DNA of 64,000 bases from Felis catus (lineage: Eukaryota), in contig NC_058368.1 of assembly GCF_018350175.1 (NCBI RefSeq), positions 155,560,001 to 155,624,000 on the forward strand. Reading direction: 5' to 3'. The notes beneath the pieces are model-generated. The model was not told the origin of the DNA. It was given only the letters and a program-made list of their open reading frames with translations, and did not search any database. Of the stretch, positions 38,993 through 50,464 are shown one piece after another. Numbering within the stretch: position 1 is the first letter of the stretch; each line of letters opens with the position of its first letter. The position numbers were made by a program, and so were the translations under genes.

Positions 38993-39834
38993 ATCTGCTA
39001 CCTATTATCTATTTTCTCTTCTAAAAGTTAAGCTTGATGCAATAGGAATATTGTTTACCCTTATCACTGCCAAATCTCTAGCATCTAGAATAGTAGGGCA
39101 TATAGGAGGACTCAGTAAATATTTTCTGAATGAGGGAAGGAACGAGTCAGAACTGCTAGTGGAATGAGGTTGGGTTGGGTAGGAGTGGAGTAGGGGGAAG
39201 ACTTCATTCTATTAACTTTCAATCCAGTGGCACTCTAAGGTTTCCTTCTTAATATGCTTCTTTTATTTCTTGGGATTCCCAGATGTAAGCATCAAAGGGT
39301 ATCTGGATCCATATCTATTATACATGTTTTTGCCAAAGTTCAAGGATATTTTCAAGTTTATTTTAACCTTTTCATTATTTAATTATTAATCCTTCCCCTG
39401 AATTTTTTTCACCATTTGTTTACTCTACCTTCCACTATGTTAAAATTGGAATAAATCCCCTGCATTTTTATTTGCAACATTTCACTGGAATAAAGAAAAA
39501 TATTAATAATTTAAGCAAAAACTAGAAATTAAAAATTACCCATTTATTAGCTGCTTGTTTCATTTTCATTCTAATCACTCCCATAGAGTTCTTCAGGGGA
39601 AGCACCAAGGACAAGCTTGCAAATGTGCAGGGACGTTAGCATCCTTACAAATTTGATTAGCTTCCACCCTCCAAATTATCCGAAATATACACAATAGATT
39701 TGTAAATACAAAATGCCGCTCAGGAACAAGTCCACTGGCCCTCTTCCCTGAGGCTGCTGCCACCACAAGTCTTCAGGAACCTCCTCTGCAGCTGCTGTTC
39801 TCTGGTGGGTGTAGGGGAAACAGTGCAGGTCACA

Positions 39835-40010
39835 ACTATCAGATCTGGGCTAGAATTACAACTTTCTCAACTTATAAACTGTGTGAACTTTGGTTTCTTC
39901 ATCTGTAAGAAATATCTAACACTCACTACAAAGATGTACCACGAGGGGTAAACGAGACGATACACAGAAAGTGAGTGGCACACAGCAGGTATGCAAACAA
40001 GGTTAGTTTT
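39835..40010 (+). mobile_element. MIR remnant
   Basis: cagatctgggctagaat...ctgtgtgaactttggtttcttcatctgtaa...agtggcacacagcaggt. Confidence 0.55.
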
Positions 40011-42179
40011 CTTCTTCCCTTCACACATCAGTTAAACAAAACCCAGGTAACAGTCCTTCCTACACCTTACTACTTTTTTTTTTTTCTTTAAGACTCTCAC
40101 TTCTGTACATTGGCTCACAGGACTGGAATTTGTATATAAGGACCACAGTGCAGAAACTAAATCTGAAAAAGTGATATTTATGTGGGACCACAAGTTGGTT
40201 TTTGGATACCAATAAGGGGTAGATGGAAGGTAAAACCATTTCAAAGAACTGACCAAGGGGATCAAATAGTCAAAAGAAATACTTTGCTGGCTGGAGAAGA
40301 TACTCTGTACAAGTACTAGAAGCCTCAGGGTAGAAGCTGATGTCACATTCTGAGCAGGGTAATAGCATTACACTCTTCCACTTGCCCTTACCTCTGGCTA
40401 TGCCATCTCTGTAAGTAGTCAGTGCCCTACTATTCCCACCTGCCTCCATCCATTCCTAGAAATCACCTTCTGCAGCATAAGCATTTGCCCTTGATACATC
40501 CTTGAAAACAGCTCTCTATCAGCACTGCAGTGGATTATCTGTTGAAACCCCTGAGGTCTATCAGTAGCTTTAAGGTTATAATGCTGGTGAGCTTTGGATG
40601 AGATCTCCTAGGGCTATCCAAGGCCCAGAAGCAATAAACTGAGCTATTCCTCCACTTTTAGGAGCATCTGATTATACTGACGCCCACAAAATAGCTTTAA
40701 GGAAGGTGCAGGACCCCTGCTAAAGGACATGCATATAGTTGAAGATTAACAAAGTATTAAAGAGAAAGATGAGTTTTCTCAAAGGTCTGTTTTTATTGCT
40801 AAAAAACGACAAGTTCTGTAAGTATGAGATGATGGGAAAAGCCAGTATGCAAAAGGGATTATTTCTGCCCAAGTAAGCAGTGTGACTTGCAGTGTGACCT
40901 AACAGACCAAGCATTACCGATTCTCTGCCACTTAGCACTGCTATTACGTTGACTCTGCAGTCGAAATCCCGACAGAAAAATACTCCTGATTCAGTCACAC
41001 ACCATCCAATGTGTCATGGTGCCCCAGGAAGTGTGTCCGTTTGCTTTCAGGCACTGCTAGGGCTACTGGATCTTCACATTTTGGGGCTCACATACCACTT
41101 TGGAAATATGACCAAAGCTAGGATTCTCCTCTCCATAACTCTGATTCAGCACAGAACTTCAAAGGGTTATGGAATTCCCTGCAGCTCTTCCATGGATCCC
41201 CAAGTCAGAGGTATTTCAGGGTAATCCTTCTGAGTCGGAAAATACCAAGATGCTCTCTCTCCTCACAGCATTGCAGGTACATAGTATGAAGACATTTGCT
41301 TGTGGGTGAAGAGGGCAAGGAGAGGAGGCAGTCAAGTCTTAAATAGAAAGTGTTGTTTTTCTTCAAGTTAGAAAATATTCAGATGAAGGAAAAAGACCAT
41401 TCAAATGCCAGGACTTGGATGAATGCAACATAAGCTGAATGCGTGCAAGCCAGAGATTTGGCTTAATACCAAGTATAAAATATTCCAGCTCCATGGGGAA
41501 GCTAACCCTAGGCCAAAACCTCAAAACATATATGTGAACCGTTTAGTTTTTTAAAAGGTCCAATATTTTAGTTTCTCAAGAAATTCTCAAACTTCTCAGA
41601 AATTTCAGTAATGCAACCATTTAAAATATAGAAGGCTAGCAGTTGCTGAGAAATATTCTGGCATGGATTCTAATGGAGATGTGTTGATTTTTTTTTTTTT
41701 CTGGGACACACTAGGAAATTTAAAACAGTTACTGAACACTAAGAAGACCGTAATTTAAAACTTTTTTTTTTTTAATTTAAAACGATTTTAAAGTATATCT
41801 GATTAAGGTCTGAAACTTCCAGATATAAGTTATGCTTCTAAACTGAAAGGTAAAGCATCTGTCCTCTTTAACTGAAGACAAACTTTAGGGAAAAAAATAT
41901 TTCAAAAGCTCCAACTCTAGTTATACCCCTACTTCCATCCACACATTTTTCAATTACACAACTATTGGTCAGAGAGCACAGAATAAAAGCCCTCCAGTGA
42001 ATACTCAAGTACGCTGGTAAAGGAATGCTTACTAATGTCAAAAGAGAGACCTCAACCCAAATTACTCTGTAATTGACATTATTGCTCAATTTTGGCGGGG
42101 GGGATTTTGGAAGTTCTCACTTTATAAGGTTCTCTTCCTCACAGACTGGCCTTAAAAGTCTACGTTAAAAAAATATGGC

Positions 42180-43021
42180 CGGAAAAACAGTTCGGCAATT
42201 CTTCAAAAAGTTAAAAACATACAATTACTACATGACCCAGCAGTTCTCCTAGGTATATAGTCAAGAGGATTGAAAACAGGTGTTCAAACAAAAACTTGTA
42301 CATGAATATTCATTTCAGCATTATTCATAATGACTAAAAAGTAGAAACAAATCAAATGTCCATTAATCAACAAACGGATAGACAAAATGTGGTATACTTA
42401 TACAACAGAGTATTAATGGGCAATAAGAAGGAATGAAGAAGTGATACATGCTACAACATGGGTGAACCTTGAAAACATTATGCTAAATGCACAAAGCCAG
42501 ACATGAGAAGCTACTTACTGTATGGTTCTACTTATATGAAATGTCCAGGGGCGCCTGGGTGGCTCAGTCGGGTAAGCCCACGACTTCCGCTCAGGTCATG
42601 ATCTCACAGTTCGTGAGTTCGAGCCCCACCGTATGGCTCTGTACTGACAGCTCGGATCCTGGAGCCTGCTTTGGATTCTGTGTCTGCCTCTCTCTCTCTG
42701 CCCCTTCCCTGCTCATGCTCTTTCTCTCTCAAAAATAAATAAACATTAAAAAAAAAAAAAAAAAAAGAAATGTCCAGAATAGGCAACTCTGTAGACACAA
42801 AAGCAGAATAGTGCTTGCGAGGGGCTGTGTGGTGGAGGAAAGGCAAAATTGACAGTGATTGCTTAGTGGGTATGGTGTTTCTTTTTGGAGTGATGAATAT
42901 TTTCTACAATTAGACAGTGGTGATAGTTGCACAAAATTGTGAATGTACTGTAAGTCACTGAACTGTAGACTTTAAAATGGTTACAATGGTGGATTTTATG
43001 TTATGTGAATTTTACCTCAAC
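42180..43021 (+). mobile_element. L1MB-like 3' end with nested SINE
   Basis: catgacccagcagttc...caaacaaaaacttgtaca...acaacatgggtgaaccttgaaaacattatgctaa...ttttatgttatgtgaattttacctcaa. Confidence 0.9.
42548..42766 (+). mobile_element. CanSINE nested in L1
   Basis: TSD gaaatgtcca at 42538-42547 and 42767-42776. Confidence 0.97.
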
Positions 43022-43648
43022 TTACAATGTGGATAGAATTGTTTCTCATTTTTTTACAATTCTGGTGAAGATATTAGTGAAATTCCCACTGAAACTAAAA
43101 GTTAGAAATTACCATAGGTACTTTTTTTAAACTCATAAAATTTCTAGGTCTGTTTGATTAGGCTGTGCCTCATTGAAGTGGAAAAGTAATCATTTGGATA
43201 GTTAAATATATTATCATAGGTATATTTTTATAATTCTGGCAAAACAAGATAAGAACAAATGGGGGAATAAACTGACTTTGCCCAAAACTGAATGGAAGCT
43301 AGGCAACTCTGTTTTGTTTCAGATTTGTTTAGATAAGTGAACAAAATCTTACCAAAATGTAGAGATTTAATAGTCAAAAAATAAACCACTTATTGTTTTT
43401 TATTTACCTTTCTTGATGGGCAGAAGCAGTTTTTTTTTTTTTTTCTGCCACAGGTACATTGCAAGATCTACTTGCTAAGATTTGAGAAGTTTGAGATGAA
43501 GTAACTGTATCAAATATTCATGAAGTATCTAATTACATATCTATCTATGCTGCAATTGCTATGTTAAATTCAATTTTTAAATAGATTTTATATTTTATTT
43601 CATTTTTTTAATTTAAAAATTCGTTAACTTTTAGCACTTATTCTTTTT

Positions 43649-43877
43649 AGTTTTTTTTTTTTTTTTTTTTAGTGTTTATTTATTATTGAGAGACAGAGAG
43701 ACACAAAGAGCGTGAGCAGGAGAGGGGCAGAGAGAGGGGAAGACACAGAATCTGAAGTAGTCTCCAGGCTCTGAGCTGTCAGCACAGAGCCCGACACAGG
43801 GCTTGAACTCACAAACTGTGAGATCATGACCTGAGCCAAAGTCGGTCGCCTAACCAACTGAGCCGCCCAGGTGTCCC
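43649..43877 (-). mobile_element. CanSINE
   Basis: TSD agca(c/t)ttattctttt at 43633-43647 and 43878-43892. Confidence 0.96.
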
Positions 43878-45317
43878 AGCATTTATTCTTTTTTCATATA
43901 AGCATTTAGGAGTATAAATTTCTTCGTTTAGTAATCTACTATAGAAAAAGTTTCTGTATTTTCATTATGGTTCAATTCTAAGTATTTGCTATATTGATTC
44001 TTTAATATTTAAGTTATTTGGAGAACTTTTTCTTTAGTCTTCCACTTTTCTATTCCCTCCCCAACTTTGTTAAAAAAAAATTAAATGCATGAGGTGCAAT
44101 AGCACAACGTCTACATTCTTCCTCTAGATTCAATAATTGTTAATATTTTGCCACATGTGCTTCATTACCTTTATATATATTATTTTCCTGAACTGTTTGA
44201 GAGTTAGTTGCAAACAAAATAATTTATTTAACAACTGCCCCTTAAGTATTTGTGTTTTCTGTCAAAATTATAAGAGTTGTATTGAGATATATTATTCACT
44301 ATAGTCCTCATCCTTCCTAACAGTTAAAAGTTAGAAAATGCATTATAAGAATTATTTGGGCTTTTATGTAAAACTTCTCACTATTCTATAAGCATTATCA
44401 GGGAAATAAGCCTTCCACTTCTTTGATATGGTAACATTCTAATTTCTGACTTTGAGAGATTTTTCTCTCTTAAATGATTCTCTGCATCTTCCAATTCCAA
44501 TCTTCCCCTTTTTTCAAGCTTCATCTTCCATAGACACACCACACATATTCATACATCCATTCTGTTAGCCTTGGAATACGTAGGCCTTGCTGTGTGTAAT
44601 CCTTATCTGGGTACTTACTTTAGGCTCTAATATAAGTTTCAGTTGCATGACACACTGCCTTAATGAGATCATAAGCTCCTTTAGGATAGGGTTCAGGCTT
44701 TTTTAACCCCGTGGTCAGTGGATGCTAAAATTCTTCCTCAACTTACCTGCAATCTTCATAGCATGATACTTGTTGAAGGAATGTAAGTGAATTGAAGATT
44801 ATATACATTTACTTTTATTGTGTTATATATGTGATAATGTGCTATAAACTCATACAAATTAACATTATAGTCTGGTTGACAATTTATCTTTGTTTCATTG
44901 GATTGACCTCATATTCTCCAAATGAAAGCATTTTCATGCCAAAAGGAGTTCTTACAGATTGTCTAATCTCAGATATTATAATTTTTGAAGTAAAGAGATC
45001 TATAGAAGTTAAATGATTGACCTAACATTGTAAGACTTTAATGGAATCAAATGAGTTAATACATCTAAAGTGCTTAGACCAGGGCCTGGTTGGCAGAGGA
45101 AAGGCTTAAGGAATATTATTAACCACAGAATCAAGAGTTTTGGATGACTAGTTCAGGGCATTTTCCACTAAAACACATTACCTCAGAATTCTACAGTAAA
45201 ATAATGAAGACAACCATTTGGGGATCCTGTTATGCATTATTTTGTGAGCAAGGGATATATGCTAAGAAGCCAGGCAGAGGTTGTTGTCAGAACAGGCGCT
45301 GACTATTCTTCCTAATC

Positions 45318-45625
45318 CGAGCTCACCAACTGGCTGCCCGTGGGCCTGATTTGGCTGGTAGCTATTTTTTTAGCCTGTATAATAGCTTTCAAAAAATTTT
45401 TTTTATTTTATAACCAAGTTAGTTAGCATATAGTGCAACAATGATTTCAGGAGTAGAAATGTATAATTGTTTTAAAGCTTAAGTTAGTTTCAATGCTTAA
45501 AACTAAAGAGATTTCAAGTAAATATACAGATCTCTGGCTTCTCTGAGAAAACTGGAAAATCTGACAACACAGGGCTTGCATTCCTGCATATCACCGATCA
45601 GCTGGTGTTTGAATTTGTAACTCCT
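45318..45625. mobile_element. hAT/Charlie-type DNA transposon remnant (MER102-like), interrupted by a tiny L1 end
   Basis: ggctgcccgtgggcctgatttggc...ctggcttctctgagaaaactggaaaatctgacaacacagggcttgcattcctgcat. Confidence 0.5.
45391..45459 (-). mobile_element. Extremely 5'-truncated carnivore L1 3' end (about 65 nt)
   Basis: caagttagttagcatatagtgcaacaatgatttcaggagtagaa is the reverse complement of a terminus similar to 58866-58910; flanking tgtataat at 45376-45383 and 45460-45467. Confidence 0.8.
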
Positions 45626-46420
45626 GTTCTTTAGCTAAGGCCTTGACTTTGATTAATGCATAGAATGACAACTTTGAATCACATAATAAGAACTACATTA
45701 GTCAGGAAATACTAAGTAGTATTTGCTTGCTACACGTAATGGCTACCTATGCCTAGGTAGTTTTTTCCTACAGTAGGAAAATGAATTGTTATAATAAGGA
45801 TAAAAACAAAGGTGATTGTTTTTAAGGGGTTAATTATAATTTAACCAGAAAATTCATCTGAAGAGAAAAGCTCAACTCTCTGGACTTCACTTACCCAAAA
45901 TGCCACTGTATTTTTCTTTCATGGGAGATGCTGGTCCAATAACCTTGATTCATGTGTTAAATAAAAACAAATGACACAATTATATTTGGAACCATTTTTC
46001 TTCCCTAATGTAAACATAGCCCTTAAGATCTGAGACTATTTTAGTTAGCCTGCTTTTGACCGGAACTAAGCAGCTATAAGAAAAAAAAATTAAAAATAAA
46101 AATAGGTTACAACACATTAAATATCCTCTCTCTGCCACCTTACACTTTTTGCTGCTAAAACATATGCTCTGCCACCTGCAGATAAAAGTCACACACTGAG
46201 AGTGTATATTCTGACAAGAATTACTAGTTTCAAGCATGCCTAGTGATTTTGGACAGTAGCACTTAAGAAACCTTCAATCTGGCAGTTTTATCACTGCACA
46301 TTTTCTAAACCATTCCTACAGTCTAAAGTTGTACAAGTGTTGGGATCTGACCTTTGGGAGAAAACAAAATAAAATGAAACAAAAAGGATCCCAGGGTAGT
46401 ATTTTGATTCAACTTGCTCT

Positions 46421-46423
46421 ATT

Positions 46424-46462
<39 letters not shown>

Positions 46463-46543
46463 TCTATCTATCTATCTATCTATCTATTTATTTATTTATT
46501 GGTCTAATACACACCTCTTCTTCTTCTTCTTCTTTTTTTTTTT
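46421..46543. repeat. Compound (TTTA)n(TCTA)n(TTTA)n followed by (TTC)n and poly-T
   Basis: Seen directly. Confidence 0.95.
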
Positions 46544-46819
46544 TGTCATTTATTTTGCACCTCAATGACAAGATTATTATACTTTCTGATAGGGAATAAC
46601 TCTACTGAAAGCCCAGGACAACTTCCATTCCTAGGCATACTGGGAAAACTTGTCATAGGAGTTAAAAATTATTGTTGCTACAACGATATTTATGTTCTTA
46701 TTTTTATACTTCCTTTATCTGTGCTTTACTTTTCTATTTTACTTTATTCTATGTTTATGTATTGACTGTTTCATCTTGTTGCAAAAAGAGTTGGGGGCTT
46801 AGAAAGAAGAACCCAGGCA

Positions 46820-49450
46820 GGACTTCCAGGGATGGTAGGTGAAGAGTTGGCAAACTGTCCCGACTACGATACAACTATAAAAGCCAAAAGAGTTGTCAGG
46901 TACAACTGTTTCAGCACTCTAGAGATCAATCAAAGGCAAACAACAAAATGAAACGTGTTTATTCGTGGAAAACTGCTGAACTACAGGTAGGAACAGTGAC
47001 AGTCTGTGGTGGGCAGCTCGGAAGGAAGGCACAGCTGTGCTGCCAGGGTGAGACTGGCTGTGAAAACCGGCAGCTTCACTGCTAGAGGGCCTGACTTTGA
47101 TTTGGAGTACAAGAAAAGCCCCTGTGCAATGGTATTATCTGCAAATAAAGCAAACTCGGTGGGAAATTCACCACCAAAGCCCACGGCCCCACCACACTTC
47201 AGCTGTGATCTCACTTGGGGTGGGCAACAGACTGGTGGACTAGTTTGATAGGAAGATCACGGAAGTGAGAGCGCCACTGAGAGACTCAGATGAACCCCCG
47301 GCATATCCCTACTGTCTGGAAGGCTGAGTGCCAGCACAGAAGTCCCAGGAAAGCCTAGTAGAAAATAAAAGCCTAGGGAAGACTTGAAAACTGCATGAGC
47401 TTTGAATATACTCTGCAACTCACACACAGATCCATCCATAGAGCCTTACTGGTGTGGATGATTGAGCAAAAACTCTGACCATTAAACTATGCAGCAGAGG
47501 GGTGATCTCTAGGAAGCAAACCTAACATAAAACAAAAATAAGAAACCAGATTATCAGCATGTACGTACTGAAGGGCAGATAGATTCTACAGATTAAATTC
47601 AGGCAAGTTTCTACAAATAAAACAAGACAGAAACAAATGAAAAAACAAAAAAAATAACACCAACAACAATCCTTAAAAAAAAAATCCAGTTTTTCTTACC
47701 ATTCCTATTCAACATAGTACAAGAGGTTTCAGCCAGTGTAGTAAAGCAAGAAAAGAAATTAATGGCATGAATATTTGAAAGGAAGATGTAAAGTGTCTTT
47801 ATTCATAGATGATAAGCTCCTGTATTAGAAAACCCAAAAGATTCTACCAAAAAAAAAAATATCTAGAACTAATAAATAAGTTTTATCTAGGTTGAAAAAT
47901 ACAAAATCAATAAGCAAAAATCAAAGTTAATATTTTATACTAAAAATAAACAATTTGAAGATGACATTAAGAATTCCACTCACAATATCCTCAAAAAGAA
48001 TAAATTTAACAAAAGAAGTGTAAGAAAACCAGAAAAAAAATTGCTGAATTTACAGATGATCCAAATAAAGAACAACACTATAATTTCAAAATTTATGATA
48101 AAGCTACAGTATTCAAACCAGCGTGGTACTAGTGTAAAAAACAGACATATAGATCAATGGACGAGAACATAAAGTCCATTAATAAACGCTTACTTCATGC
48201 TCAGTTGATTTCTAAGAAAGGTCCAAGGCAATTCAGCGGGGAAAGACAGTGTTTTCAACAAGTGCTGTGGGGAAAACTGGATATCCATATGCCAGAAAAG
48301 GACCTTAGATCCTTACCACATACCATATACAAAAATGAACTCAAAGTGAGTCATACCTAAATGTAAGAGGAAAAACTGTAAAACTTCCACAACAAAACAT
48401 AGTAGATAATGTTTGTGATCTTACATTTGGCAAAGATTTCTTAGATATGATGCCAAAAATATAACTCATAAAAAATCATAAATTAAAGTTCCTCAAATTT
48501 TGAACTCATAAAAACTTGTGCTCTTCAAAAGATAGCATAGAGAAAACAACAACGACAACAAGCCACAGCCTGGGATAAAATCACAAATATCATAAGGGAC
48601 TTGTATCTAGAATATATAAAGAACCCTTTCAACTCAATAATAAGACAAATACCAGATTAAAAAAATTACAGACATTTCATCAAAGAAGATATATGTATGA
48701 CTAATAAACACATCAAAGGACATTTAATATCAAGTAGTCATTAGGGAAATACAAATTTAAATATCACAAACCTACTAGAACGGCTATAATAAAAAAGACT
48801 GATATGTCAGCATTCTTGTGGATGTGGAAAAACTGGAACTCTTATGCTTTGCTGGTATGAGTGTAAAATGGTGTTGCCACTTTGAGAAATAGTTTTCCAG
48901 TTCCTTAAAAAGCTACACATAAACTTACCACATGACCTAGTACTTCCACTCCTAAGTCTATACTTAACATAAATGAAAACAGGTCTGGACTGATTCAAAT
49001 TTGAATGTTCGTAGCAGCATTAATCATAATAGCTCCAAATTAAAATAATTCAAAGATCCATCAACTGGTAAATGGATAAACACAATGCAGAATATCTACA
49101 CAATGGAATACTATTCAACAACAAAAAGGAATGAACTACTGGTACGTGCTAGAACGTGTTTGAATCTCACAAACGTTGTAAGCAGAAGAAGCCAGACAGA
49201 AAAGACCACATACTCTTTGATTCTACTTCTATGATATACAGAGACAATAGATCATTGGTAGTCTGGGGCTGTGGGTGGAAATAGCAAATGGGCACACAGA
49301 AACTTTTGGGGTGATGGAAATATTCTAAAATTGGATTGCGGTGATGGCTGCACAACTGTAAATTAGCTAGAAAATATTCAGTTGTACATATACAATGAAA
49401 TTATTTTATAGTATGTAAATTCTACTGCACTAATGATATTTAAAAAAATT
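46820..49450 (+). mobile_element. Ancient L1 (L1MC/L1MD-like): putative 5'UTR joined to ORF2 fragments and 3' end
   Basis: ORF2 hallmarks from about 47690 (cctattcaacatagtac, aaagctacagtattcaaac, ccttaccacataccatatacaaaaatgaactcaaa) to the 3'UTR (ttttggggtgatggaaatattcta...gtatgtaaatt). The 5' part is assigned only by resemblance to L1M 5' ends. Confidence 0.8.
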
Positions 49451-49618
49451 AAACAACATAAAATTGTATGAATACACAAAAACATTTGAAGAAGTCAAGG
49501 CAAAAGCAAAAATGGACAAGAAAATAATGAATGCATGTGATTAGTCCTATGGAATTGCTACAGATGTGATGCAAATTTAGCTTCAACCTTCTAAATGGTG
49601 AAAGCTAGGAGGGTATGT

Positions 49619-49775
49619 CAGTGGTTCCCAGACTTGGGGAACAATTGGGAGCTACCTGGGGATCTTTGAAAAAGGCTGATGCCTGGCTCCCACCCTAGAC
49701 ACTGTGACCACACTGTGATAGGAAAGAGGCCTTGGCTCAAGTAATGCTCCGTGGAGCAAAGTTTGGGAACCACTG
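49619..49775. mobile_element. MER5A-like hAT MITE
   Basis: Terminal inverted repeats cagtggttccca / tgggaaccactg, 157 nt long, internal gatgcctggctcccaccc. Confidence 0.85.
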
Positions 49776-50234
49776 GAATCACATACTGTAAGATTTTCAT
49801 TGACCTAAGATGAAAAGAAATAATTGCTTGGTGGAAAAATGGAATTTGGGGAAAGATTTCTCCTATGGGTCCTCCTAAGAGAAGACTTCATAAAATGTAG
49901 TAAATTAGTGTCTCTAAATCAGCCACCTCTTGGCCCACAATGGGTCCTGAATGGGTCACAGGGGTGCAGAGACAGTGCTGCTTCAGTCCTCAGGATAGCA
50001 GAGGGGACCAGGGGCAGCTGGAGCCACTGTGCCTGAGGCCTCCATCCTTGAGAAGTCTTCTCCGTCCACACCAGAATACTCAACAAGTATTATATTTTTG
50101 TAGCATGTGCCGTAAAATAGAAGGCATGTCATCTAAAAGATACCTATGGCAGCAGTAATGGGGATGTTTATATATTAGTTTCTTTCAACAAGCTGATTAT
50201 AAAACAGAGAAAATGATTCAGTTAAAACATTTTG

Positions 50235-50464
50235 CCATTGTATATATAAACCACATCTTCCTGGGGGAGGGGAAGGGGAAAAAATTACAGAGAAGGAAGG
50301 AGGCAAACCATAAGAGATTCTTAAATACTGAGAACAAACTGAGGGTTGATGGGGGGAGGGGAGTGGGGAAAGTGGGTGATGGACATTGAGGAGGGGGCCT
50401 GTTGGGATGAGCACTGGATTTTGTATGGAAACCAATCTGACAATAAATTATATATATTTAAAAA
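50235..50464 (+). mobile_element. Feline L1 3' end with a 26-nt 5' inversion
   Basis: 50261-50464 matches the L1 3'UTR at about 58255-58455; 50235-50260 is an inverted L1 segment; near-perfect TSD at 50224-50237 and 50465-50479. Confidence 0.92.
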
